Origin: an uncultured Actinomycetes bacterium
GTDB taxonomy: Bacteria; Actinomycetota; Acidimicrobiia; IMCC26256; DASPTH01
Length of the DNA stretch: 64,000 nucleotides
Assembly: GCA_963720785.1 (NCBI GenBank)
Contig: CAVRGQ010000009.1
Coordinates: forward strand, 695,813-759,812
Direction of reading: 5' to 3'
Numbering within the stretch: the stretch's first letter is position 1; each line of letters begins with the position of its first letter. Shown one piece after another: positions 17,914-27,380 of the stretch. The notes under the pieces were generated by a model. It had not been told where the DNA came from, made no database searches, and was given only the letters and a program-made list of their open reading frames with translations. The position numbers and the translations under genes are program-made.

Positions 17914-18903
17914 ATGGCCCTGGCCGCCGTCTGCACCGCGCTCACCGGCGAGGACTCCATCGAGATCCGGGACTGGCCCGTGCGCGAGCCCGGGCCCGGC
18001 GAACTGAAGCTCGCGGTCCGCGCGGCATCGGTCAACTTCCCCGACGTGCTGATGGTGCGGGGCCTCTACCAGCAACGCCAGGTTCCGCCGTTCGTGCCCG
18101 GCTCCGAGGGCGCCGGGGTCGTCACCGCGGTGGGCGACGACGTCGAGGGATTCGCGCCCGGCGACCGGGTGCTGCTGATCGGCGGCGCGACCTTCGCGAC
18201 GGAGCTCGTCACCCGCGTCTCGCCCGGCCTCGTGCACCGCATCCCCGACGACATGCCCTTCGCCGAGGCCGCCGCCTTCGCGCTCACCTACGGCACCGCC
18301 TACAACGCGCTCGTCACGCGGGGCGCGGTGCGCGAGGGCGAGACGGTGCTGGTCACCGGCGCCGCGGGCGGGGTCGGCTCCGCCGCCGTCGAGGTCGCGA
18401 AGGCGAGCGGCGCCCGGGTGATCGCGGTGGTCGGCGGCGCCGAGAAGGCCGCGCTGGCACGTGAGCTCGGGGCCGACGCGGTGATCGACCACACCACGGT
18501 CGACGCGCTCGCCCCCGCGGTGAAGGAGCTCACCGACGGTCGCGGCGTCGACCTGTTCTGCGACAACGTCGGCGGCGCTGACGCGCGCGACCTGTTGCGC
18601 TGCGTCGGGTGGAACGGCCGCTTCCTCGTCGTCGGCTTCGCGGGCGGCGAGATCCCCGTGTTCAAGGCCAACCAGACGATCCTCAAGTGCATCTCGATCG
18701 TGGGCGTGGCCTACGGCATGTCGGCGATCCTCGACCCGGACACCGCCCGACGCGAGATCGACGCGCTGTTCGGCTGGTACCGCGAGGGCAAGGTGCGGCC
18801 CGCGGTCACCGCCCGCTTCCCCCTCGCGCAGACGGCCGACGCGCTGCGCGTGCTGCAGGAGCGGCGCGCACTCGGCAAGGTCGTCGTGGAGATGCCCGCC
18901 TAG
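17914..18903 (+). CDS. NADPH:quinone oxidoreductase / zinc-type alcohol dehydrogenase superfamily (MDR) protein
   Basis: ATG at 17914 after a GAGGAGGGG RBS. It has GSEGAGVV, the VTGAAGGVGSAAV Rossmann motif, and C-terminal LGKVVV. Confidence 0.9.
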   Translation: MALAAVCTALTGEDSIEIRDWPVREPGPGELKLAVRAASVNFPDVLMVRGLYQQRQVPPFVPGSEGAGVVTAVGDDVEGFAPGDRVLLIGGATFATELVTRVSPGLVHRIPDDMPFAEAAAFALTYGTAYNALVTRGAVREGETVLVTGAAGGVGSAAVEVAKASGARVIAVVGGAEKAALARELGADAVIDHTTVDALAPAVKELTDGRGVDLFCDNVGGADARDLLRCVGWNGRFLVVGFAGGEIPVFKANQTILKCISIVGVAYGMSAILDPDTARREIDALFGWYREGKVRPAVTARFPLAQTADALRVLQERRALGKVVVEMPA

Positions 18904-19322
18904 GACGTCGCCACGGCGGGGTCGTACGCGGGGCCCGGCACGTCGGAGTCGGTACCCATCTCGGGCCCCATGTTCGTGACCGGCGGCGACGTCGTCAACC
19001 GGTCCGCGTCCGGGCCGCGCCGGGATCGGAGGACCGCGAGCACGACCACCCCGGCGGCCGCTGCGAGGACAACGCCCCAGGCGAGCCGGCGCGTCGCCGT
19101 GGCGCGCTTCGCCTTCGCCTGCTTCGCCTGTGCCTTCGCCCGCGGGTCGTGGGAATCGAGGCCGCTGCGCACGCGCTGCGCGACCTCGTGGGCCACGTCA
19201 CCCGCGAGCGACTTCACCTCGTCGGTGACCGTGCCTGCGTAGTCGGCGGCGTGCGCCGCGACGCTCTCCGCCATGTCCTTCGCGTCCGAGACGTGCACCT
19301 GCGTCATGAGCCGTTCCTCCAA
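18900..19322 (-). CDS. hypothetical membrane-anchored protein
   Basis: 140-aa ORF with an acidic/helical N-terminal half, a Lys/Ala-rich stretch, one predicted TM segment (LAWGVVLAAAAGVVVLAVL), and a Pro-rich tail. The start may be the second Met (19307). Confidence 0.5.
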   Translation of the reverse strand: MEERLMTQVHVSDAKDMAESVAAHAADYAGTVTDEVKSLAGDVAHEVAQRVRSGLDSHDPRAKAQAKQAKAKRATATRRLAWGVVLAAAAGVVVLAVLRSRRGPDADRLTTSPPVTNMGPEMGTDSDVPGPAYDPAVATS

Positions 19323-19379
19323 GGATCGATCACCGGGTGATGCCCCGTTCTCCCGCTGCCGACACCTGCGCCCGGCCCG

Positions 19380-19625
19380 TTACTGGTCGGGCACCGCGTC
19401 CCACCACTGGCACCACCACTCCGATCCCACGAGGACCCGCAGCTTCGGGTGCCAGCAGTACGAGATCGCCGCGGTGTCCTCGAGGTAGTAGCGGCAGTTC
19501 TCGCACTTCTCCTCGCCCTGGGGCTCGCCGCGCAGCACGGCGTTCTCGGCGAGATGCCGCAGCTCGATCGCGAGCCTCTCGTCGATCTCCTTGGGCTCCG
19601 GTTCGGGAATCTGGTACTCGGCCAT
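19380..19625 (-). CDS. HiPIP-like (high-potential iron-sulfur protein family) small protein without a signal peptide
   Basis: 81 aa from the ATG at 19625 (GGAGGG lies 12 nt upstream). Cys pattern: C-E-N-C-x12-C-x14-C-QWW (CENCRYYLEDTAAISYCWHPKLRVLVGSEWWCQWW). This resembles the HiPIP signature CxNCxFY...CxxFPGKxV..GWCxxW. Confidence 0.55.
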   Translation of the reverse strand: MAEYQIPEPEPKEIDERLAIELRHLAENAVLRGEPQGEEKCENCRYYLEDTAAISYCWHPKLRVLVGSEWWCQWWDAVPDQ

Positions 19626-19649
19626 CCCCAGGGCGTACCCTCCTGCGCC

Positions 19650-20390
19650 ATGACCCATGCACCGACACATGCACTCCTCGACGGGAAGGTCGTGGTCGTC
19701 ACGGGCGCGGGGCGCTCGCTGGGCGAGATCACGGCGAAGCTCTGCGCCGCGGAGGGCGCCACGGTGGTCCGCACCGACATCACCGGGGAGGCGGGCACCG
19801 AGGTCGTCCCCCACGACGTCACGCAGGCCGACGACTGGCAGCGCGTGGTCGCCGACGTCGTGGCGGCGCACGGCCGCATCGACGGGCTGGTCAACAACGC
19901 CGCGATCATCTGGCCGTCGCGGCCGTTCCTCGACGAGCCGCCGGAGGAGTTCCGCAAGCTCCTCGACATCAACGTGATGGGCACGGTGCTCGGCATGCAG
20001 GCCGCAGCTCGGGCCATGATCGAAGCCGGCACGGGCGGCTCGATCGTGAACATCTCCTCCACCGCCGGCATGACCGCACACCAGGGCATCTCGAGCTACG
20101 GCACCAGCAAGTGGGCCGTGCGCGGTCTCACCAAGTACGGCGCCAACGAGCTCGGGCCCTCGGGCATCCGGGTCAACTCGGTGCACCCCGGCGGGATGAT
20201 GGGCACCACGATGTTCCCCGGTACCTTCGACCAGAAGGCCTACGACATCGCCGCCCGGAAGAACCCGCTGCGCCGGGTGGTCGACGCGTCCGACGTCGCC
20301 GACGCGGTCGTGTGGCTGCTCTCCGACCTGTCACACAACGTCACCGGGCGCGAGATGGTGGTCGACGCCGGCGCGACGTCGAACCACTGA
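19650..20390 (+). CDS. SDR family oxidoreductase (3-alpha/20-beta-hydroxysteroid dehydrogenase-like)
   Basis: ORF 19449..20390 trimmed to the ATG at 19650: LDGKVVVVTGAGRSLG, NNAAI, YGTSKWAVRG, VNSVHPG. Confidence 0.85.
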   Translation: MTHAPTHALLDGKVVVVTGAGRSLGEITAKLCAAEGATVVRTDITGEAGTEVVPHDVTQADDWQRVVADVVAAHGRIDGLVNNAAIIWPSRPFLDEPPEEFRKLLDINVMGTVLGMQAAARAMIEAGTGGSIVNISSTAGMTAHQGISSYGTSKWAVRGLTKYGANELGPSGIRVNSVHPGGMMGTTMFPGTFDQKAYDIAARKNPLRRVVDASDVADAVVWLLSDLSHNVTGREMVVDAGATSNH

Positions 20391-20402
20391 CGGGCGCGAC
20401 GG

Positions 20403-20951
20403 TCAGTCGCGCACCCGGGAGTAGTACAGGTTCAGCATCCCGCTCGGGAAGGCGCGCACGTCGTCGAGGCGGAGCTGCGCCCGCATGGGCCCCGGCGGGA
20501 ACAGCGGCCGGCCCTCACCGAGCAGGACCGGGGCCTTGGTGAGGGTGAAGTCGTCGATCAGCCCTTCGGCGAGGAACTGCCCGATCACCTGCCCGCCGTC
20601 CACGTACACCCGCTCGTGCCCCGCCGCCTCCCAGCGGGCGAGCGCCTCCCGGGGCGTCGCGGCCCAGAAGGTGACGCCGGGCCAGACTGCTTCGGTGGGC
20701 GCGGGTGGGCGATGGGTGAACACGTAGACCGCGCGCTCGCCCCACGGGTGCGGCCCGTCCGTGCCGACCGCGTTCACGACGTAGTCGTACGTGCCGCGAC
20801 CGATCGCCAACGCGTCGACGGTCGCGATGAACTCGTCGTACCCGTAGTCCTCGCCTTCGCCGACCGCGGCGTCGAGCCAGTCGAGCCGGTCGTCGAGGGT
20901 TGCGATGTAGCCGTCGGTGCTCGACGCACAGAAGACCGAGAGGCGGGTCAC
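20403..20951 (-). CDS. dihydrofolate reductase family (RibD C-terminal domain) protein
   Basis: 182-aa ORF: MTRLSVFCASSTDGYIA ... ALAIGRGTYD ... VYVDGGQVIGQFLAEGLIDDFTLTKAPVLLGEG. Confidence 0.8.
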   Translation of the reverse strand: MTRLSVFCASSTDGYIATLDDRLDWLDAAVGEGEDYGYDEFIATVDALAIGRGTYDYVVNAVGTDGPHPWGERAVYVFTHRPPAPTEAVWPGVTFWAATPREALARWEAAGHERVYVDGGQVIGQFLAEGLIDDFTLTKAPVLLGEGRPLFPPGPMRAQLRLDDVRAFPSGMLNLYYSRVRD

Positions 20952-20955
20952 GACA

Positions 20956-21738
20956 TCATCCGCCCACGACTCCTTGGGCCGCGCCGCCGTCGATGGTGAG
21001 GCCGCCGCCGGTGATCCACGCGGCCTGCTCCGAGCAGAGGATGGTGATCATCGCCGCCACCTCCTCCGGGCTGCCCACGCGCCCGAGCGGCAATGCCTTG
21101 CCCACCACGTCGCGCGCGAAGCCGTCGACGTCGGTGCCGGCGCGGTCGGCGCCGCGGGCGAGCATGCCGCGCAGGCGTTCCGTCATCGTGGGTCCGGGGT
21201 GCACCATCGTGACGGTGATGCCGGCGGGCCCGACGAGCTCCGCGGTGGCGCGGGTGAAGTGCACGAGACCGGCCGCGAGCGACGCCAGCGCGTACCCGGG
21301 CTGCGCGCGGAGCAGTCCGGTGCCACCCACGTTCACGATGCGCCCGTACTGCTGCGCACGCATCGCGGGGAGTACGGCCCGGGTGCACCGCACGTAGCCC
21401 ATGAACTTGAGGTCGAACGACTCCTGCCACTGCTCGTCGGTCACGTCGTCGATGCTCCCGCCCGGCGACGCGCCCGCGTTGTTCACGAGGATGTCGACAC
21501 CGCCGAGCGCGGCGACGCACTGCTCGATGCCGCGCGCGGCGCCGTCGGCGGTGGCGAGATCGGCGACGACCGCGTGTACGCCGTGCGCCGCGACGACCGC
21601 GTCGAGGGCCTCACGGTCGCGGCCGATCACCGCGACATCGGCACCCTCGGCGCGCAGCGCCGCGGCAGTGGCGGCGCCGATGCCGCGCGAGCCGCCGGTG
21701 ACAACCGCGCGCCGGGCCGTGAGTCCGAGGTCCATCAC
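20956..21738 (-). CDS. SDR family oxidoreductase
   Basis: 260-aa ORF with the VTGGSRGIGAA and NNAG motifs and a C-terminal ITGGGLTIDGG. Confidence 0.9.
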   Translation of the reverse strand: MMDLGLTARRAVVTGGSRGIGAATAAALRAEGADVAVIGRDREALDAVVAAHGVHAVVADLATADGAARGIEQCVAALGGVDILVNNAGASPGGSIDDVTDEQWQESFDLKFMGYVRCTRAVLPAMRAQQYGRIVNVGGTGLLRAQPGYALASLAAGLVHFTRATAELVGPAGITVTMVHPGPTMTERLRGMLARGADRAGTDVDGFARDVVGKALPLGRVGSPEEVAAMITILCSEQAAWITGGGLTIDGGAAQGVVGG

Positions 21739-21747
21739 GTCAGCTTG

Positions 21748-22564
21748 TCACGTGACTGCATCGCTGGCGCCGCCGTCGAAGCGGAGGTGCGCTCCGTCGA
21801 GATGCCACGCCGCCTCGCTCGTCACAAAGGCGACGAACCGGCCGACGTCGTCGGGGGTGCACACTCGCCCGCTCCAGTTCGTCATGCCCTCGTCGAGCAT
21901 GAGCAGCTGCAGCGCATCGGGATCGGTGGGCAGTCCACGCTTCTCCGCGCGCGGTGTACATATCGATGATCTCGTCGGTGGCGATCATCCCGGGGCTCAC
22001 GCAGTTCACGGTGACGCCCGATCCCGCGAGGTGCTTCGCCAGCCCGACCGCAACCGACGGCAACGCGCCCTTGGCCGCGTAGTACTCGGGGATGCGGTCG
22101 CCCGGGCGCGTCGCGCCGACCGTCGACACGAACACCACGCGTCCCCACCCCGAGTCGCGCATCGCAGGCAGGAACGCCTGCGTGACCCGCACCGCGCTCA
22201 CCACGTTCACGTCGTAGCTGCCGTGCCAGCTCGCGGTGTCGGAGGCCTCCCAGTCGCTGCCCTCGGGCCGGCCCCAGTTGTTCACCACGATGTCGACGTG
22301 GGGCGCGGCGCCGTCGACCCGCAACGCCTGCACCTCGGCAACCAACTGCGCGGTGCCCGCCTCGGTGTAGAGGTCGCCGGTCACCGCCGCGGCCCGACCG
22401 CCCGCGGCCGTGATCTCGCCCACCGTGCCATCGGTCTGCCCGCGTTCGAGCCCGTGCACGAGCACCGTGGCACCTTCCGCGGCGAGCACCCGGGCGATGC
22501 CCGCACCGGTGCCGCGGTACGAGCCGGTGACGAGCGCGGTCCTGCCGCGGAGTCCGAGATCCAT
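21748..22564 (-). pseudogene. SDR family oxidoreductase, frame broken once (+1) near 21946-21952
   Basis: MDLGLRGRTALVTGSYRGTGAGIA ... YYAAKGAL ... DEIIDMYTAR reads in the frame of ORF 21740..22579. It continues in another frame as EKRGLPTDPDALQLLMLDEGMTNWSGRVCTPDDVGRFVAFVTSEAAWHLDGAHLRFDGGASDAVT*. The junction on the minus strand is ACC GCG CGC [G] GAG AAG. Confidence 0.8.
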
Positions 22565-22600
22565 CGGGACACCTTGCACCGGCGGCGCCAGTCTGGCAAC

Positions 22601-22614
22601 ATAGTGATCACTAT
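22601..22614. promoter_or_regulatory. candidate operator: perfect 14-bp AT-rich palindrome ATAGTGATCACTAT
   Basis: Read directly in the 107-bp divergent spacer between the SDR operon (start 22564, minus) and the amidohydrolase gene (22672, plus). A direct repeat CCGGCGCTTCC x2 follows at 22623-22645. Confidence 0.5.
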
Positions 22615-22671
22615 CTCTCCGACCGGCGCTTCCGCCGGCGCTTCCACCGCCACTTTCACGGGGGTCCCCAC

Positions 22672-23802
22672 ATGGCAGACGTGCAGGAGCGGCTCATCTC
22701 GGCCGACGACCACGCCGACCTCAGCCACGACGCGATCAAGCGGTTCCTCGACGCGAAGCTCCACGGTGCGTACGACGCCGGCGTCGCCGAGTTCCGCGCG
22801 GGCATGGGCGCGACCGCCTCGGTGGCGTCGAACAACCGCTGGCGCGAGCAGCACCCCGAGCTCGACGACGGCGGACCGGTCGGCATGGGCGCCAACCGCA
22901 ACCACGCGGCGTTCGGCCGGCCGGGGCACACCGACCCGATCGCGCGCCTCGAGGACATGGACACCGACGGCGTCGACGCCTCGGTCACGTTCTGCGAGGT
23001 GAGTGCGTTCCGCTACCTCTACCTGATCCAGGACGGCTGGCGCGAGTCCACGCGCGCGTTCAACCTCGCACTGCAGGAGTTCGCGTCACCGGCGCCGCAC
23101 CGCCTGATCGTCAACCCGCAGATCCCCATCCACGACATCGAGGCCGCGGTCGCCGAGGTGCAGTGGGCCGCGAGCCAGGGCTTCAAGTCGCTGCAGCTGC
23201 CGGTGTTCCCCTCGGAGCTCGGCCTCCCCGACTACTGGGACAGCCGCTACGACCCGCTGTGGAGCGCGATCATCGACGTCGACCTCCCGGTCACCTTCCA
23301 CATCGGCATGAACACCGCGCTCGAGGCGATCGCGCTGCGCGACCCCACCCCGCAGAAGGGCATCTTCGTGCCGCAGGTCGCGATGTCGACCGGCGAGGCG
23401 TACGGCCACCTGGTGATGACCGGCCTGCTCGCGCGCTTCCCCGGCCTGCGCATCGTGTTCGTGGAACCCGGCATCGGCTGGTCGGCGTGGTGGCTGAACA
23501 TCGCCGACGACCTCATGCTGCGCCAGGGGTACACGTTCCCCGGCCTCACCGAGCTGCCGAGCCACTACTTCCGCCAGAACATCCATCTCACGTTCGTCGA
23601 CGAGCCGAACGTCGTGCGCTACGGGCGCGAATGCCTCGGCATCGAGAACTTGATGTGGTCGTCGGACTACCCGCACCCCGTGTCGAGCTGGCCGAAATCG
23701 CGCCACGTCGTCGACGAGATGTTCGCGAACGACCCGCCGGCCGATCGCGAGCTGGTCGTCCGCGGCAACGCCGAGCGGGTCTGGAAGCTCTCGCCGGGCT
23801 GA
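22672..23802 (+). CDS. amidohydrolase-2 family protein (ACMSD/LigW-type metal-dependent hydrolase/decarboxylase fold)
   Basis: 376-aa ORF with an N-terminal ISADDHADL metal motif, FHIGM, and the C-terminal LMWSSDYPHP motif. Confidence 0.8.
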   Translation: MADVQERLISADDHADLSHDAIKRFLDAKLHGAYDAGVAEFRAGMGATASVASNNRWREQHPELDDGGPVGMGANRNHAAFGRPGHTDPIARLEDMDTDGVDASVTFCEVSAFRYLYLIQDGWRESTRAFNLALQEFASPAPHRLIVNPQIPIHDIEAAVAEVQWAASQGFKSLQLPVFPSELGLPDYWDSRYDPLWSAIIDVDLPVTFHIGMNTALEAIALRDPTPQKGIFVPQVAMSTGEAYGHLVMTGLLARFPGLRIVFVEPGIGWSAWWLNIADDLMLRQGYTFPGLTELPSHYFRQNIHLTFVDEPNVVRYGRECLGIENLMWSSDYPHPVSSWPKSRHVVDEMFANDPPADRELVVRGNAERVWKLSPG

Positions 23803-23809
23803 GCTCGCG

Positions 23810-24541
23810 CTAGTCGAGTGCGAGGCCGCGGGCAGTGGCGTCGTCGCGAATCGCCGCGGCCACACCCCGCACGAGGAGTTCTCGCGCGTGCGTGTCGTCG
23901 GGCAGGTCGGTGATCGTGTTCGCGATCACGCGCGACGCGAGGTAGCCGCGCAGCGCGGTGAACGCGTAGGTCGAGAGGTCGTTGGCCTTCGCCGCGCCGC
24001 CGAGCGCCTGCTCGAACAGCGGCTGCCACGCGTGGGACAGCTCCTGTCCGTGCCGCTCGATGGCGGCGCGCGTCTCCGCCGACGTCGCGGGGTTCTTCCC
24101 GAGGTCGAGCAGGATCTGCACCTGCACGATGTAGCTCGGCTGCTCGTAGTACGACGCGAGGACGTCGAGCACCTCACGCAACCGGTCCTCGAGCGTGGCG
24201 CCGGTGATCTCCGTGTTCGCGACCGCCGCGTGCAGACGCGCCCAACCGTCGTCGAGCACATCGAGCATGAGCGCCTCGCGCGAGCCGAACAGGTGCTGGA
24301 TCGCACCCCAGGTGACACCGGCGCGGCGCGCGATCTCGTTGGAGCTCGCCTTGTAGTACCCGACGTCGAGCACGCTCTCGACCACGGCATCGAGCACCCG
24401 GCGGCGGGTGGCCTCACCGTCGCGGCGACGGCGCACCGGCGCGACCGGCGCGGCCGGCGCGACCGGCGCGGCCGCGCTCCCCGGCGCGACGGGGCTCCCC
24501 GCAGATGTGTCGGCGCCGCCCGTCTGTGCCATCGTGGCCAC
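23810..24541 (-). CDS. TetR/AcrR family transcriptional regulator
   Basis: 243-aa ORF with the HTH YKASSNEIARRAGVTWGAIQHLFGSREAL and an Ala/Pro-rich N-terminal tail. Confidence 0.85.
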   Translation of the reverse strand: MATMAQTGGADTSAGSPVAPGSAAAPVAPAAPVAPVRRRRDGEATRRRVLDAVVESVLDVGYYKASSNEIARRAGVTWGAIQHLFGSREALMLDVLDDGWARLHAAVANTEITGATLEDRLREVLDVLASYYEQPSYIVQVQILLDLGKNPATSAETRAAIERHGQELSHAWQPLFEQALGGAAKANDLSTYAFTALRGYLASRVIANTITDLPDDTHARELLVRGVAAAIRDDATARGLALD

Positions 24542-24572
24542 GCTACCCGTCCCTCGTCAGGAGCCGGATCCC

Positions 24573-26027
24573 GTGGAGTTCCTCCCCAGCCGTGAGGTGC
24601 GCGAGGTGCGCGAGCACCTCGACCACCCCGTGATCGACAGCGACGGCCACCTCATCGAGTACGTGCCCCTGGTGCGCGACTTCCTCGTGGAGGAGGCGGG
24701 CGAGAGCGTCGCGCAACGCTTCGACCGGTTGTCGTTCGCCGGCGCGGCCCGCAAGGCGATCCCCGACCCGATGGCGCGCCGCAAGGTGGGGCTGCACGCG
24801 GTCGGGGTGTGGGGCATCCCCACCGAGCACACGCTCGACCGCGCCACCGTGATGGTGCCCGAGCTGATGTACCGCCGCCTCGACGAGCTCGGCATCGACT
24901 TCGCCGTGCTGTACCCCACCTATGGCCTCACCGTCACCGCGCTCGGCGACGACGAGTTGCGGTGCGCGCTGGCGCGTGCGCTCAACCGCTACTACGCCGA
25001 GGTGTACGGCGGGCTGCGCGACCGCCTCGAACCGGTCGCCGCGATCCCCACCTTCACGCCCGAGGAGGCCATCGCCGAGCTCGACTACGCGGTCGGTGAG
25101 CTCGGACTCAAGGCGGTGATGATGGGCGGCGCGATTCCGCGTCGCCTCGACGGCGTCGACCCGGAGCGCGGCTCGAACGTGTGGATCGACACGCTCGGGC
25201 ACGGCTCGATCCACGACTACGACCCGGTCTGGCGGCGCTGCGAGGAGCTCGGCGTCGCGCCCACGTTCCACGCGGGTGGCCAGGGCTGGGGCACGCGCAT
25301 GTCGACCACCAACAACTCCTACAACCAGGTCGGCAACTTCGCGGCGGCGGCCGAGGGCACGTGCCGCTCGCTCGTGTTCGGCGGCGTGCCCCTGCGCTTC
25401 CCCAACCTGCGCTTCGCGTTCCAGGAGGGTGGCGTCGCGTGGGCGTCCGCGCTGCTCGGCGGGATCATCGGCCATTTCCAGAAGCGCCGCCGTGACGAGA
25501 TCGTGCACTACGACCCGGCGCGGCTCGACTTCGCGCAGCTCGACGCGCTGTTCCGCGAGCACGCGACCGGCGCGATCGCCGACCGCATCGACCGCCTCGA
25601 CACCGGACTGCGCATCCTCTCCGACCCCGACGAGATCGAGCGCGACGTCGACATGTTCGGCGAGTCGCTCCTGCAGTCGGAGGAGCAGCTGCTGGAGATG
25701 TTCTCGCAGCGGTTCTTCTACGGCTGCGAGGCCGACGACCCGATGAACGCGCTCGCGTTCGCCACCGACCTCAACCCCGGCGGCGTGCGCCTCCCCGCGG
25801 TGTTCGCCTCCGACGTCGGGCACTGGGACGTGCCCGACCTGCGCGGCGTGTTGCCCGAGGCCTACGAGTTGGTCGAGCACGGGCACGTCGACGAGCAGCA
25901 GTTCGCCGACTTCGTGTTCGCCAACCCCGTACGGCTCTGGGCCGGGGGCAACCCCGGCTTCTTCGCCGGCACCGTGGTGGAGGACGCCGCCGCCGCACTG
26001 GTTCCCGAGTCGGCTACGGCGTCGTGA
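24573..26027 (+). CDS. amidohydrolase-2 family protein
   Basis: ORF 24408..26027 trimmed to the GTG at 24573 (CAGGAG RBS). It has VIDSDGHLIEY (HxH-type metal site), TFHAG and FASDVGHWD. Confidence 0.8.
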   Translation: MEFLPSREVREVREHLDHPVIDSDGHLIEYVPLVRDFLVEEAGESVAQRFDRLSFAGAARKAIPDPMARRKVGLHAVGVWGIPTEHTLDRATVMVPELMYRRLDELGIDFAVLYPTYGLTVTALGDDELRCALARALNRYYAEVYGGLRDRLEPVAAIPTFTPEEAIAELDYAVGELGLKAVMMGGAIPRRLDGVDPERGSNVWIDTLGHGSIHDYDPVWRRCEELGVAPTFHAGGQGWGTRMSTTNNSYNQVGNFAAAAEGTCRSLVFGGVPLRFPNLRFAFQEGGVAWASALLGGIIGHFQKRRRDEIVHYDPARLDFAQLDALFREHATGAIADRIDRLDTGLRILSDPDEIERDVDMFGESLLQSEEQLLEMFSQRFFYGCEADDPMNALAFATDLNPGGVRLPAVFASDVGHWDVPDLRGVLPEAYELVEHGHVDEQQFADFVFANPVRLWAGGNPGFFAGTVVEDAAAALVPESATAS

Positions 26028-27342
26028 GGTCCGCGTCGAACGTGTAGCGGTTCTTGGTCGCACAGTCGAAGGTGCCGGCCTTCGTCGGGTACACCCGGTG
26101 GAACGCGCCCTTGTTCCACTGGATGAGCGCGAAGCAGCTCGACGGCACCTTCGCACCGATGTCGACCTTGCCGGTCATCCCGTCGGCGTCGAACGCGTGG
26201 AGCCCCTGCAGCGCAGTGAGCAGCGACACGCGCGTGAGACCACTCGCACCCTTCGTCGCGGTGTCGGCCGCTTCGCGGAACGCGAGCACGGCGGTCCAGC
26301 CGTACACCGCGAAGGCACTGAGGTTGTCCTTGCCGACGTACTTCACGAACGCGGCGAGCGTCTTGTTCGTCTTGGCCTCGGCGAACGGCAGGAACCCGAG
26401 CGGCATGTACTCGCCGTCCATCGCCGAGCCGGCGGCCGCCATCTGCTGCTCGTCGTAACACGCGCTCGTGCAGCTCCACACGATCTTCGGGTCGGTGAGG
26501 CCCTGCAGCGCAGCTTCTTGCCGGATGAGGATCGCGCCGGGCGCGGCGAGCCCGTTGTCGGAGAAGTTCGCGCCGTCCTGCTTCATCTGGTTGATGATCG
26601 ACGTGTACGCGCTCTGCGGGTCGCGGTTCGACAGCGAGGGCGTGTCGGTGACGGTGATGCCCGCGTGCTCCGCGGCCTTGATCGACACGTCGGTGGAGCG
26701 GGTCGCGTCGGGCGAGTCGCTGGTGCGGATCACCGGGCCGTGCAGCTTCGCGTTCTTCGCCACGAAGTACTCGTACTGGCCCTGCTGCACCCGGTACGTC
26801 TGGGGCACCTTGCCGACGGTCGCGCAGTCGATCATCGCCGGCGTAACGGGGAACGAGGTCGCGGCGCAGGCCTGCGGGGTGCCGAGCACGATGGCACCGA
26901 TGTCGGGCAGGCCGGTCGCCGCACCCGCCTGGTCCTTGCAGCCCACCATGTCCTCGAGGCCGCTGAACAGCGCGGTGGCCGTGCCCACCATCGCCACGTC
27001 CTGGCCGCAGGCGGTGATCACCGCGTTGCGCACCTGCGTGGGGTTGAGGTGCGAGTCGATGAAGTCGACCACGAGCTTGCGCCCACCGGCCACACCCCCG
27101 GTCTTGTTCACGTACTTCGCCGCCGCCTGGGCGCCGTCGACGACACCCTTGAACACGCCGGGCGCGATCGGGTTGTCGACGTCGGCGATCACGGCGACGT
27201 GCACCGACGACGTGTCCACCCCGATCTCGGTGGCCTTGCCGCTCGCCGCACCGGCACTCGGTGTCGCCACCATCGCCGTCGCGGTGGCGACGATGACCGC
27301 CAGGACGATCAGCACTGTCCGTTTGGTTCGCTTGCTCTCCAC
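26014..27342 (-). CDS. secreted type-I solute-binding protein (branched-chain amino acid/amide ABC SBP family), no transporter partner (SBP-1)
   Basis: 442-aa ORF. The signal peptide is MESKRTKRTVLIVLAVIVATATAMVATPSAGAAS. A PBP1 core follows (VHVAVIADVDNPIAPG ... GGRKLVVDFIDSHLNP) with many Cys residues. Confidence 0.85.
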   Translation of the reverse strand: MESKRTKRTVLIVLAVIVATATAMVATPSAGAASGKATEIGVDTSSVHVAVIADVDNPIAPGVFKGVVDGAQAAAKYVNKTGGVAGGRKLVVDFIDSHLNPTQVRNAVITACGQDVAMVGTATALFSGLEDMVGCKDQAGAATGLPDIGAIVLGTPQACAATSFPVTPAMIDCATVGKVPQTYRVQQGQYEYFVAKNAKLHGPVIRTSDSPDATRSTDVSIKAAEHAGITVTDTPSLSNRDPQSAYTSIINQMKQDGANFSDNGLAAPGAILIRQEAALQGLTDPKIVWSCTSACYDEQQMAAAGSAMDGEYMPLGFLPFAEAKTNKTLAAFVKYVGKDNLSAFAVYGWTAVLAFREAADTATKGASGLTRVSLLTALQGLHAFDADGMTGKVDIGAKVPSSCFALIQWNKGAFHRVYPTKAGTFDCATKNRYTFDADLTTP

Positions 27343-27380
27343 GGTTCCCCCCTCGGATACCTGTGAACGGATCGGATCGG

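Noticed and set aside
24436-24471. 18-bp perfect tandem duplication CCGGCGCGACCGGCGCGG x2
   Set aside because: It lies inside the N-terminal tail of the TetR gene (23810-24541), is in frame (3n) and encodes the low-complexity AAPVAPAAPVAP. It is probably a benign coding microsatellite rather than a regulatory element.
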